This document shows positions 44,433 to 54,133 of a stretch of 64,000 bases of DNA, piece by piece. Source of the DNA: Patescibacteria group bacterium (GTDB taxonomy: Bacteria > Patescibacteriota > Minisyncoccia > Phycocordibacterales > UBA918); contig JBBTYP010000003.1 in assembly GCA_038061715.1 (NCBI GenBank), forward strand, positions 12,034-76,033, written 5' to 3'. Made by a program: the position numbers and the translations under genes. Numbering within the stretch: the stretch's first letter is position 1; each line of letters starts with the position of its first letter. Below the pieces are notes generated by a model. It did not search any database. It worked only from the letters and a program-made list of their open reading frames with translations, and was not told the DNA's origin.

Positions 44433-44981
44433 ATGTCCGGACATAATAAATGGTCAAAAATTAAACATAAGAAAGCAGCGACTGACGCGCAGAAGAGTAA
44501 GCTATTTTCTAAACATGCCATGATGATTACCATGGAGGCCCGTAAAGCGGCTGGGGATGCCACCTCAGCGGGGGTGCTGGCAGCGATTGAACGAGCCAAG
44601 AAAGACTCCATGCCAAAGGAGAATATTGACCGAGCGGTAGCTAAAGGTTCAGGCGCTGGAGCGGCAGCTCTTGAAGAAGTCATCTTCGAAGCTTTCGGCC
44701 CAGGTGGAGTCGGAATAATTATTACTGCCGTCACCGACAACAACAATCGCACCTCGCCCGAAATAAAACACATTTTTCATAAAGCTGGTCTACAGCTCGG
44801 TGCTCCCGGCTCCGCCATGTGGGCCTTTACCAAAACCGTCGACGGCTATACACCACAGAACCCTTTAGAAATTAGTGATGCTGACGGTGAGAAGCTAGCC
44901 AACTTGATAGAAGCCCTAGAAGACCAAGATGACGTCCAAGAAATCTTCACCACAACCGACACGCAAGAGGAGGTAGAATAA
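44433..44981 (+). CDS. yebC: YebC/PmpR(TACO1)-family probable transcriptional regulator (short)
   Basis: MSGHNKWSKIKHKKAATDAQKSKLFSK N-terminus characteristic of YebC family. Confidence 0.75.
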   Translation: MSGHNKWSKIKHKKAATDAQKSKLFSKHAMMITMEARKAAGDATSAGVLAAIERAKKDSMPKENIDRAVAKGSGAGAAALEEVIFEAFGPGGVGIIITAVTDNNNRTSPEIKHIFHKAGLQLGAPGSAMWAFTKTVDGYTPQNPLEISDADGEKLANLIEALEDQDDVQEIFTTTDTQEEVE

Positions 44982-44984
44982 AGT

Positions 44985-45464
44985 ATGAGAGTTATTGCAG
45001 TAGATCCTGGTTACGACCGTTTGGGGGTAGCGATTATGGAAAACTCTTCCGGTGCAGAAGTACTGCTGCACTCTTGCTGTATTGAATCCAGCCGTACCAA
45101 CTACTTGCCTGACCGATTATTGACTATCGGCACTGAATTTGAGCGACTCCTTGATGAATACAAACCCGATGCCATGGGTATCGAGACGTTATTTTTTAAT
45201 AAAAATATCAAAACTGCAATCGGAGTTGCCCAGGCACGCGGCATCCTGCTTTACCTGGCGAAGCAAGCGAGCTGCGCTGTATATGAGTTTGGTCCTCAAG
45301 AAATTAAGTCGGCGGTCACTGGGTATGGCAAAAGCGATAAACAATCAGTGATTGACATGATCATGCGTCTCGTAAAAAATGCTCCCGTCCAAGCTCTTGA
45401 CGACGAGTACGATGCAATTGCTGTTGGGGTTACTTGCCTTGCAACCTATGGCAGAACTCGGTAA
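44985..45464 (+). CDS. ruvC: Crossover junction endodeoxyribonuclease RuvC
   Basis: MRVIAVDPGYDRLGVAIME RNase H-like start; 159 aa. Confidence 0.8.
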   Translation: MRVIAVDPGYDRLGVAIMENSSGAEVLLHSCCIESSRTNYLPDRLLTIGTEFERLLDEYKPDAMGIETLFFNKNIKTAIGVAQARGILLYLAKQASCAVYEFGPQEIKSAVTGYGKSDKQSVIDMIMRLVKNAPVQALDDEYDAIAVGVTCLATYGRTR

Positions 45465-45541
45465 AATCCCCACGTAAAGAAGCGAGAGGGTTGAATAAAT
45501 CGCATTTCTTTGTTAAAAAATAAATGTAATTTTAATATAGT

Positions 45542-45805
45542 ATGACTTACATCAACGATGATATTGAAGGAGAGGAAGAGGAAATAGAAGATGACGATAC
45601 CGTCTCTCTTGCCGACGATGTCCTAGATGAAGTTGATGGTGACGACGATGAGCTAGCGGCGGATATGGAAGGATTTGGTCTCCTAGAAGAGGTAGCCGAA
45701 AAGGAAGAAGTGGAGGAAGAGGAAGATTTAGATGGAGACGAGAGTTTGGAGGAGGACGCAGAAGATGTCGACTACGACAGCTTCGATGACATTGACGAAA
45801 TGTAA
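45542..45805 (+). CDS. Extremely acidic small protein (87 aa, ~55% Asp/Glu)
   Basis: Composition only; AT-rich putative promoter upstream, hairpin terminator downstream. Confidence 0.4.
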   Translation: MTYINDDIEGEEEEIEDDDTVSLADDVLDEVDGDDDELAADMEGFGLLEEVAEKEEVEEEEDLDGDESLEEDAEDVDYDSFDDIDEM

Positions 45806-45810
45806 GACTT

Positions 45811-45838
45811 TTTAAAAAACTCCCTAAAGGAGTTTTTT
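45811..45838. terminator. Bidirectional hairpin terminator between acidic-protein gene and tyrS
   Basis: aaaactcc-ctaaa-ggagtttt. Confidence 0.6.
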
Positions 45839-45841
45839 AAA

Positions 45842-47080
45842 TCACATCTTTAAAATACACAACTGTTTCTTGCCGCGCCTTAAAATGGCCAAACCATTTT
45901 CAAATTGCAGCGGTTGCAATACAGTTTCTATGTCCATTACTTTAGACCCATCAAGGTTGACTGCTCCGCTTACAATGAACTCTCTAGCCTCTCGCTTACT
46001 AGCAGCTAGGCCAGCTTGAACCAAGACTTCAACCAAGAGGGTATCTTCCTTCACAATTTGAAGGGGCGCGTTATTTAGCACAAGCGCTCGTGCTGTCTCA
46101 TCAAGATTTCCTAATTTGCCTTCCCCAAACAGTACATCTGATGCCGTCTTTACCGCCATAGCCACCGTCGATCCATGAACAATCTCAGTAACAGCAGCCG
46201 CTAGTTTCTTCTGAGCTAAACGCTCGTTAGGGCTTTGCTTGAAAGCAGTTTCAATCTCAGCAATTTGCTCTAAGCTGTAAAGAGTGAAAATTTTCAAGTA
46301 GTCAACCGCATTTTCATCACTGGTATTTAGCCAAAACTGATAAAAAGCAAAGGGAGATGTTTTATGCGCATCGAGCCAGACTGAATTACCCTCACTCTTA
46401 CCCAATTTCCTGCCTGTCGATTTATCTACAATTAGTGGAATCGTGATGGCATGCACGGTCTTTTGTTCTTTCTTTCGAATCAACTCTACTCCAGCAATAA
46501 TGTTGCCCCATTGGTCTGAGCCTCCCACCTGCACATCGCAGCCAAATTTTTTGTTAAGTTCAAGGTAGTCGTAACCTTGTAAAAGCGGATAAGCAAACTC
46601 TGTGTAAGAAATACCATTTTCACTTGAAAGCCGCGTTGCGATTGCCTCCTTTTTGATAAGTTCATTGACTGTGAAATGCTTACCAATGTCGCGCAAGAAG
46701 TCAATTAATTTGAGTTCACCCAACCAGTCGTGGTTATTAACAAAAGTCACCTCTGCCCCAAGCAACCGTTTGGCTTGAGCTTGGAGCTTAATCACTCGCG
46801 CCGCCACCTCCTCTGGTGGTGTTAGAGGGCGCTCGACATCAGGCTTTGGATCACCAATCATGCCAGTACCGCCGCCAATAAGAAGTATGATGGTGTGCCC
46901 TGCCTCCTTAAGATGCCGCAAAAGCATCCAGGCGGCAAAGTTGCCCGCCTGAATTGAATCCGCACTCGGGTCAACGCCATGATAAATTACCCTTTTCTCC
47001 CCATCGAGAATTTCCCCTAGGTTTTCAGCAGAAATTTGATGGATAAATCCCCTATTTTTAAGCTCATCTGATAACTTCAT
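45842..47080 (-). CDS. tyrS: Tyrosine--tRNA ligase
   Basis: Class I synthetase; KLGKSEGN (KMSKS-type); C-terminal S4-like domain. Confidence 0.9.
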   Translation of the reverse strand: MKLSDELKNRGFIHQISAENLGEILDGEKRVIYHGVDPSADSIQAGNFAAWMLLRHLKEAGHTIILLIGGGTGMIGDPKPDVERPLTPPEEVAARVIKLQAQAKRLLGAEVTFVNNHDWLGELKLIDFLRDIGKHFTVNELIKKEAIATRLSSENGISYTEFAYPLLQGYDYLELNKKFGCDVQVGGSDQWGNIIAGVELIRKKEQKTVHAITIPLIVDKSTGRKLGKSEGNSVWLDAHKTSPFAFYQFWLNTSDENAVDYLKIFTLYSLEQIAEIETAFKQSPNERLAQKKLAAAVTEIVHGSTVAMAVKTASDVLFGEGKLGNLDETARALVLNNAPLQIVKEDTLLVEVLVQAGLAASKREAREFIVSGAVNLDGSKVMDIETVLQPLQFENGLAILRRGKKQLCILKM

Positions 47081-47153
47081 AATGAAATAACTTTAGCACA
47101 TATTCGTATTAAATCGTCTAGACAAGCCATGCTACTATTGGCTATATACTGGT

Positions 47154-49394
47154 ATGAAAAAACGATTATCACTGAAGCGAAATCCGCGCGAAATTTTAGT
47201 TGATGTCCTTATTTTTGGATTTGCTGGCTTAATATTGCTCATGGCAGCCGTACTAACCTGGCTCTCAACCCTAGAAATACCAGATCTATCCTCATTTGAA
47301 GAAAGGCGTGTTCAACAATCGACCAAAATTTACGATAAGACTGGAGAAATAATGCTTTACGACCTCCACCAAGATGTCCGCCGAACTGTTGTTCCTTTCG
47401 ATCAAATTTCCCATCACGTGAAAAATGCGACAGTAGCGATCGAAGACGAGCAGTTTTATGACCACTTTGGAGTTGATGTAAAGGCAATCATCAGAGCGGC
47501 TATTTCAAATGTACAGGAGGGGGGCCTTGGTCAGGGTGGTTCTACTATTACTCAACAAGTAATTAAAAACTCTGTGCTTCAGCGTGAAAAAACCTTTACA
47601 CGAAAAGCCAAAGAGGCCATTCTTGCACTCAAGCTAGAACAACTAAAAACCAAGGACGAAATTTTAGAAATCTATCTCAACGAGTCGCCATATGGTGGGA
47701 CCATCTACGGAGTTGAGGAAGCTTCGCAAGCGTTCTTCCGTACCGCAGCGAAAGACCTAACTATTGGCGAGGCTGCCTACCTGGCTGCCATTCCCCAGGC
47801 TCCCACCTACCTATCACCGTACGGCAACAATCGCGCCGACTTGGATGCACGCCAAAAACTTGTGCTTGATAAAATGCGCAACAACGGCTATCTCACAGTG
47901 GAAGAATACGAAGCAGCCAAAAATGAAGTGGTGGAGTTTGAACCCCAAATTGTTAGTGGTATCAAAGCCCCTCACTTTGTGATGTATGTCCGTGAACTGT
48001 TGGCCGAGAAATACGGTGAGGAAGCGTTAGCGGAACGTGGTTTTAAAGTTATATCTACCCTAGACTATGAACTTCAAGCGGAGGCCGAAAGAATCGTGTC
48101 TGAAAAAGTGGCCATTAACACAGAAAAATTCAACGCTTCGAACGCTGGCTTGGTGGCCACGGACCCAAAAACCGGAGATCTTTTGGTGATGGTTGGTTCG
48201 CGAGACTACTTCAGTACCGAAGTTGAGGGTAATTTCAATATCGCTTTAGCCAACCGCCAGCCTGGTTCTTCAATCAAACCTTTTGTCTATGCTGCTGCTT
48301 GGCGCGACGGTTACCTCCCCACGACTATTCTTTATGACGTACAAACTCAATTCTCAACTAGTTGTGAGCCGAATGACTTTAGTAACGAGTCACCCTGCTA
48401 CGCCCCCAACAACCACAACAACAAATTCCTAGGGCCAGTTAGTATGCGTAATGCTCTAGCCCAATCACTAAACATTCCAGCGGTAAAAACACTTTACTTA
48501 GTTGGGATTCGTGACGCCTTAAAATTGGCGGCTGACATGGGGCTCACCACCCTTAGCAACCCCGACCGCTACGGACTAACCCTGGTGCTTGGTGGTGGTG
48601 AAGTGAAGCTACTTGATATGACTAATGCCTACGGTGTATTTGCCAATAAGGGTGTCCGCGCCGAACCAAGGGCCATCCTACGGATTGAAGACAGTCAAGG
48701 CAACGTCGTCGAAGAAACCCCAGTTAAAGAGGAGCGTATTCTTGACGAGAATACAGCCAATATGATCAGTGACGTTCTTTCCGACAACGTAGCTCGTACA
48801 CCGCTCTGGGGAGCCAACAACCAGCTCTACTTCCCTGACCGCGATGTAGCTGGTAAGTCTGGTAGTACCAACAACTTCAGAGATGCTTGGATTATGGGCT
48901 ACGCACCAAACATCGCTGTGGGTGCTTGGTGTGGCAACAATGACAACTCTACAATGAAAGGGCTCTCTGGTCTCATTACCACCCCGATGTGGCGTGAATT
49001 TATGGATTTGGCCTTGTCTAAGCTTCCCGAGGAGTCATTTACCCAACCTTACATTCCAACCGACGTAAAACCGGTATTGGCTGGAGCCTACACCGATGCC
49101 TACACTTTGGAATTAGCCCTCGCTTCCTCCAGCGATCCCGCCACTGAATTCAACAATGCTTATAACGGAATTCATAGTATTCTCCATTATGTAAACAAAA
49201 ATGACCCGCGTGGGCCCTATCCAGAAAATCCTGGTTCTGATGAACAATACCGTTTCTGGGAATATGGCGTTCAATTATGGAAACAGAGTACCCTTGGTAT
49301 CTACGCCTCCAGTTCCCTTATTACCAGCTCGTCTACTGACGAGGATGAGAACGACGAAAATCCAAAACCCCGTAATCGTCGCACTAGAAACTAA
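47154..49394 (+). CDS. Class A penicillin-binding protein (glycosyltransferase GT51 plus transpeptidase), PBP1A-like
   Basis: IEDEQFYDHFGVDVKAI (GT51 motif), SGSSIKPF (SxxK), AGKSGST (KTG-type). Confidence 0.85.
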   Translation: MKKRLSLKRNPREILVDVLIFGFAGLILLMAAVLTWLSTLEIPDLSSFEERRVQQSTKIYDKTGEIMLYDLHQDVRRTVVPFDQISHHVKNATVAIEDEQFYDHFGVDVKAIIRAAISNVQEGGLGQGGSTITQQVIKNSVLQREKTFTRKAKEAILALKLEQLKTKDEILEIYLNESPYGGTIYGVEEASQAFFRTAAKDLTIGEAAYLAAIPQAPTYLSPYGNNRADLDARQKLVLDKMRNNGYLTVEEYEAAKNEVVEFEPQIVSGIKAPHFVMYVRELLAEKYGEEALAERGFKVISTLDYELQAEAERIVSEKVAINTEKFNASNAGLVATDPKTGDLLVMVGSRDYFSTEVEGNFNIALANRQPGSSIKPFVYAAAWRDGYLPTTILYDVQTQFSTSCEPNDFSNESPCYAPNNHNNKFLGPVSMRNALAQSLNIPAVKTLYLVGIRDALKLAADMGLTTLSNPDRYGLTLVLGGGEVKLLDMTNAYGVFANKGVRAEPRAILRIEDSQGNVVEETPVKEERILDENTANMISDVLSDNVARTPLWGANNQLYFPDRDVAGKSGSTNNFRDAWIMGYAPNIAVGAWCGNNDNSTMKGLSGLITTPMWREFMDLALSKLPEESFTQPYIPTDVKPVLAGAYTDAYTLELALASSSDPATEFNNAYNGIHSILHYVNKNDPRGPYPENPGSDEQYRFWEYGVQLWKQSTLGIYASSSLITSSSTDEDENDENPKPRNRRTRN

Positions 49395-49397
49395 CCG

Positions 49398-49709
49398 TTA
49401 GATAAATTCCACCGGGTGATTTTTTTCACCCAACCGCTCCTTGAGCGCCGCAATGATGATTGTTTTATTTTTAATGATTTCAGTTCGCAAAAGACTGGAG
49501 GTTTTTATATAAACTGTCTTTGAGGAGACGTTATATGTGAACTGCGAAGAAATTACTCCCACTCCTACCACCTTACCAACCACCTCAACCACCTCATTTA
49601 TTACAGATTGTTGGGGTGGTTTTATTAGTTTCTTATAGCGCAGTAGAAGATTGCCTAGTTGTTGATTGTTGTGTGTTGGATCTTTTTTCTTCATACAAGA
49701 CTTGTGCAA
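49398..49709 (-). CDS. DUF721-like small protein downstream of dnaN (candidate DciA-type helicase operator)
   Basis: 103 aa; genomic position typical for DUF721/DciA; sequence-level assignment is weak. Confidence 0.4.
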   Translation of the reverse strand: MHKSCMKKKDPTHNNQQLGNLLLRYKKLIKPPQQSVINEVVEVVGKVVGVGVISSQFTYNVSSKTVYIKTSSLLRTEIIKNKTIIIAALKERLGEKNHPVEFI

Positions 49710-49824
49710 ATGGCACCCTTCTTCGTTGTCCGGCGCAAAATACTCCTCAATGTACCAATGTACACCTCGTCGTATTTTGCTTGTACGCCTCGAATTGCAC
49801 TCATTTGTACAAGTCTCGTCATAC

Positions 49825-50919
49825 CTATTTATTCATCGGCATCACCAGATAGCGGAGTGATTTGTCAGACAAACCCTCAAGCACCAACGCTCTCCCTATC
49901 CCAGCAAAATGTAGCAAGATCGAATCATCTTCTATGTGTTGGAGAGGATCCATAACATATTGTTGGTTGAAATTAAGTGCTAGCTCGTCACCATCAACTT
50001 CAGCCTTGATGGTGTCGGTAGTGTGTCCGATTTCATTGTTGTTTGAGGCGATTGTGAGGTTAGTATCAGTGATTGTTAGGGTTACTTGTCTGAATTTGTT
50101 TAAGAATATGTTAGTCCTCTTAAACGAGCGAATGAGGTCTTCTTTTAGAACTGTCACATGAGAGACATATTCTTTAGGTATAATCTGCGCGTAGTCTGGG
50201 AAATTTCCTGTCACCAAACGGGATGACATATAGAGCCCGTTCTCAAATTTAAGAGCACAGTGGTTTTCTGTCACAATTAGTTTAGCTTTGCCTCCAACCG
50301 CATCACTTACGCGCGCCAACTCAACAGCATTCTTACTTGGAATCATAAAAGACTGATCAAGGGTGAAACTTTTTTGGGCTACTGTTTTTTCCATCAAACG
50401 AAACGAGTCGGTAGCGACAAAGGTGATGGTGTGCTCCTTTTTTTGTTGTACAAAAACACTCCCTAGTTCTGGTTTAATTGAAGTTACTGACGCAGCAAAA
50501 GCGACACTTTTAATACCGTAGGAGAATGTTTCTGGGTTGATTGAAATTTCCTCACCTTGAATTTGATGAAGAGTAGGAAAATCATCAACTGGAAAAAGTT
50601 TTATAGAAGTGTTTGATGTACTGGTTTCAATTAAAAGTACTTGATCTTCGGTTCTAAGAGTTATTTCTTTTTGTGATAGAAATTGAATGCTTTGTAAGAG
50701 GGTTTGAGCTGGCACTGCCACTACTCCTGGTTCAACCACTACACCTGTTAGTGGTGTCATTACACTTATCTCCAAGTTGGTGGCCTGTAGGGTAATGCCT
50801 GTATCGTTAGCTTCGATACGAACGCATTGAAGTACTGGCAAGGTGGCGCTTTTTGTACTTGTTTTACTAACAAGTTCTAGTGTTTGAAGTAAGCTGTTGT
50901 GTGGAATTAATATTTCCAT
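49825..50919 (-). CDS. dnaN: DNA polymerase III beta subunit (sliding clamp)
   Basis: 364 aa; three-domain clamp architecture, position next to dnaA. Confidence 0.85.
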   Translation of the reverse strand: MEILIPHNSLLQTLELVSKTSTKSATLPVLQCVRIEANDTGITLQATNLEISVMTPLTGVVVEPGVVAVPAQTLLQSIQFLSQKEITLRTEDQVLLIETSTSNTSIKLFPVDDFPTLHQIQGEEISINPETFSYGIKSVAFAASVTSIKPELGSVFVQQKKEHTITFVATDSFRLMEKTVAQKSFTLDQSFMIPSKNAVELARVSDAVGGKAKLIVTENHCALKFENGLYMSSRLVTGNFPDYAQIIPKEYVSHVTVLKEDLIRSFKRTNIFLNKFRQVTLTITDTNLTIASNNNEIGHTTDTIKAEVDGDELALNFNQQYVMDPLQHIEDDSILLHFAGIGRALVLEGLSDKSLRYLVMPMNK

Positions 50920-51236
50920 ATTTTTTATTTATACACTATTTTAGTCTTTATTATTAGGGGTGTGGAAGTGTGCAAAAGACAATTCTATGCTCTATTTTTA
51001 CTACTATTTTATTAACAATTAATTCTTAAACATAGGGACGACACACTTATATTGTGGGCATAAGTTGTGTTTAGTATACAAGTTGAAATTTTGGGTGGGT
51101 ATAAGTCGAATTTAAATCCCCAGTTTAATGCCCTTACCACCAATTATTTACAGGTTTATTTATACCTGATACACAACCTATACATAAGTTTTCCTCTCGG
51201 TTTGAAAGAAATAAAAAATGCCCAACTGGGCATTTT
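50920..51236. promoter_or_regulatory. dnaA-dnaN intergenic region, candidate oriC (AT-rich tracts plus DnaA-box-like TGTGGAA/TTGTGGG/TACACAA motifs)
   Basis: Conserved dnaA-dnaN context; motif GGGTGTGGAAGTGTGC at 50957-50978 recurs upstream of dnaA. Confidence 0.5.
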
Positions 51237-52640
51237 TTATTTCAACAACATTCTTACTTGGGTAATCTCTTCTTCAATCTCTCCTCCTCTTTTAATCTCC
51301 CCTTTAATTTTCTCACAAGAGTGGATAACAGTGGTGTGGTCTCGTCCACCCAGCTTCTTACCAATAGCGGGGTAAGAAATTTGGAAATCCTCTCGCAAAA
51401 TATACATAATTATTTGGCGTGGCTTCACCACCTCTTTACGACGTGTCTTTTCGTAGATACTAGTTGGTTCTATATCGTAGTAACGAGCAATTTTATCAAC
51501 CACATCAGTAATAGCCAATGTTTTGCGTGGCCTAGAGCTGTTTTTGATAATTAAACGCACTTCCTCAACAGTAAGGGTCTTACCCAAAAGTTGTGATTGG
51601 CACATGATGGTGTTGAGAGCCCCCTCCAATTCACGCACATTACCCTCAATACTTTGGGCGAGATAATCAACCACATCATCGTAAAGTACGATACTATTTT
51701 GAGCTGCCTTCGCTCTCAAAATAGCAGCCCGGGACTCCAGGTCTGGCGCGGGTAGGTCAACAATCATTCCTTGCCCAAAGCGAGACTGTAAACGTTCCTC
51801 TAAACCAGAGAGAAGGGCGGGATGAATATCGCTTGAGAAGACAATTTGTTTGTTGTTGTCATGGAGGGCATTGAAAAGGTGGAATAGTTCCTCCTGAGTC
51901 TTTTCTTTTGAAGCTAAAAATTGAACGTCGTCCATCACAAGAACGTCATACTGACGGTATTTATCTTTAAAACTATTAGCAGTGCCGTTTTGGAGTGAGT
52001 TAAAATAATCTACAGCAAAACGTTCACTAGTGACATAAAAAACTTTTTTACCAGTTTTTTTAATCTGATTGCCTACCGCCTGTATGAGGTGGGTTTTACC
52101 ATGGCCAGTTTTTCCATAGATAAAGAGAGGGTTGTAGGTAATGCCGGGCTTTTCACTAACCGTTCTCGCCGCCGCGTGTGCCAGTGCGTTGTAAGGACCA
52201 ACCACAAAGTTCTCAAAAGAATATTTAGGGTTAAGATTGTCGCTTTTGTTGACGTAGTAATCCTCAAGTGGAAGAGCGGCGTTGATGGTTTGGTTTTTGT
52301 TGGCCTCTTGCTTCTTTTCATTTCGTTGCACTACAACATACTCGATGCTGCGGATGTGTGGGGTGAGGTCACGCAAGGTCTTCAAGATCATGGTTTGAAA
52401 TTTATCCTGAAGCCAATCTTTTACAAATACACTGGGGACTCCAATGGTAGAAGTTCCGTCTTCGATTGAGACAATATGAGTGTCGCGAAACCAAGTTTTA
52501 AAGTTAGCAGCGGTTATAGATAATTCAATTTTGACGAGAGCGTCATCCCAGAGCTGTTTTACATCAATTTGTTTGGTTTGTAAGATGCGGTTTTGAGTAG
52601 TTTGGTGTGAAGCGATATTCATAAGATGTACGGAATGCAT
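51237..52640 (-). CDS. dnaA: Chromosomal replication initiator protein DnaA
   Basis: AAA+ Walker A GKTGHGKTHL, VLVMDDVQFL box, C-terminal DnaA-box-binding helix; start set at internal ATG (52640 or 52622) because the upstream ORF extension is non-conserved and contains a DnaA-box-like motif. Confidence 0.85.
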   Translation of the reverse strand: MHSVHLMNIASHQTTQNRILQTKQIDVKQLWDDALVKIELSITAANFKTWFRDTHIVSIEDGTSTIGVPSVFVKDWLQDKFQTMILKTLRDLTPHIRSIEYVVVQRNEKKQEANKNQTINAALPLEDYYVNKSDNLNPKYSFENFVVGPYNALAHAAARTVSEKPGITYNPLFIYGKTGHGKTHLIQAVGNQIKKTGKKVFYVTSERFAVDYFNSLQNGTANSFKDKYRQYDVLVMDDVQFLASKEKTQEELFHLFNALHDNNKQIVFSSDIHPALLSGLEERLQSRFGQGMIVDLPAPDLESRAAILRAKAAQNSIVLYDDVVDYLAQSIEGNVRELEGALNTIMCQSQLLGKTLTVEEVRLIIKNSSRPRKTLAITDVVDKIARYYDIEPTSIYEKTRRKEVVKPRQIIMYILREDFQISYPAIGKKLGGRDHTTVIHSCEKIKGEIKRGGEIEEEITQVRMLLK

Positions 52641-52875
52641 GACGTAACAAGCATTATACCTGGGTGTGGAAAAGTGTAAATAAGTTCGGAAAATCAGGGG
52701 AATTTTCAGTACCAAATTTTGATTCAAAAAACGCAACTGTGCACAAGCTGTGTATAAGAGTGCGTAACTTTTGCACCACTCCAAGGGTGAGTTTGGTGGG
52801 AGGGGCTACCCAGCCGGGCCCCTTAAGCCAGACACTATTGAAATATTTTTGAGTTCATGTATAGTAGTGCCACTT

Positions 52876-53025
52876 ATGTCAAAACGAACGTACCAACCAA
52901 GTAAGCGCAAGCGAGCCACTACTCACGGGTTTTTGGTTCGTACCGCTACTACTTCGGGCAAGAAAATCATCCAAGCCCGCCGCCGCAAAGGTCGAGCACA
53001 ACTGACTGTAAAAAAAGCTCGCTAG
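52876..53025 (+). CDS. rpmH: 50S ribosomal protein L34
   Basis: [19 protein letters not shown]... canonical L34. Confidence 0.9.
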   Translation: MSKRTYQPSKRKRATTHGFLVRTATTSGKKIIQARRRKGRAQLTVKKAR

Positions 53026-53052
53026 AGCTTTTTTTGTTATTATTACCCTACT

Positions 53053-53382
53053 ATGTTAAAGCGAGCAGAGAGACTTAGTCGAGAACAGTTTGCGTACTAT
53101 GGCAAAGCGGGGAAGAAGCTGCACGGCGAACATGCCTCAATCAACCGCAGTCATTCCCCCACCTTTCATGCCTCCGTGGTAGTGAGTAAAAAAGTAGCCA
53201 AGTCGGCGGTGGTTCGCAACACTTTGCGCCGCTTGGTGTACGCCCAACTCTATGCCCTAAAGGTTACTGGAGAAACTGGAGTGTTTATCATATTCTTAAA
53301 ACCGGGAGCGGCGGCTATTTCCAAAGCAGCACTTCGTGTTGCAGTAGCAGAACTGATTGAACGAACGCTAAAAGCTGCGTAG
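53053..53382 (+). CDS. rnpA: Ribonuclease P protein component
   Basis: 109 aa basic protein; RNTLRRLV (RNR motif region); rpmH-rnpA-yidC synteny. Confidence 0.8.
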   Translation: MLKRAERLSREQFAYYGKAGKKLHGEHASINRSHSPTFHASVVVSKKVAKSAVVRNTLRRLVYAQLYALKVTGETGVFIIFLKPGAAAISKAALRVAVAELIERTLKAA

Positions 53383-53404
53383 AATAGGCCCATCATTTAT
53401 ATTT

Positions 53405-54133
53405 ATGTTTTCTTACATCTGGCACACCATTTTCTTTGATCCAATTTACAACGCCCTTATCTTTTTTGTCGACACCGTCAGGGGAGGCGATGTGGGATTA
53501 GCGATTATTGCGACGGTGGTGGTGGTGAAATTGCTATTACTACCACTTTCTATCAAAGCCGCCAAAACGCAAAAAATCATGCGTGATATTGAGCCGAAGT
53601 TACGGGAGATTAAAGAAAAGCATAAAGACGATCGTCAAGCCCAAGCCCAAGCGATGCTGACAGTTTATAAAGATTACAAACTCAATCCGTTTGCCAGCAT
53701 TTTCCTTATTTTTTTACAGATTCCGATCGTCTTCGCCCTCTACTTCGCTGTCTATAAAGGCGGCGGTATTCCTCTCCCTGAGGTCAACACGGCTTTGCTT
53801 TATAGTTTTGTGGCTGTGCCAGTGCAGGTTTCTACCATGTTCCTCGGTATTGTTGATGTAACCGGCCGGAGTATTCTCTTGGCGCTGGGAGCCGGTGTGA
53901 CACAGTACATCTATACCAATATGACCTTACCCAAATTAGCGGCGCGTGACCCAGAAGCGACACCAAGTTTCAAAGATGACTTCGCGCGCAACATGCATAT
54001 CCAAATGAAGTACGTCATGCCGGTATTAATTGTCTTCATCGCCTACACAATCTCCGCCGCTATCGCCCTTTACTTCTTCGTTAGCAACCTAATCATGGTC
54101 GCCCAAGAGTTTTACGTTCGTAAGCATCGTTAG
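53405..54133 (+). CDS. yidC: Membrane protein insertase YidC (short, Gram-positive-type)
   Basis: 242 aa; LLLLPLSIKAAKTQKIM...LNPFASIFLIFLQIPIVFALYFAV conserved YidC/Oxa1 core. Confidence 0.8.
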   Translation: MFSYIWHTIFFDPIYNALIFFVDTVRGGDVGLAIIATVVVVKLLLLPLSIKAAKTQKIMRDIEPKLREIKEKHKDDRQAQAQAMLTVYKDYKLNPFASIFLIFLQIPIVFALYFAVYKGGGIPLPEVNTALLYSFVAVPVQVSTMFLGIVDVTGRSILLALGAGVTQYIYTNMTLPKLAARDPEATPSFKDDFARNMHIQMKYVMPVLIVFIAYTISAAIALYFFVSNLIMVAQEFYVRKHR

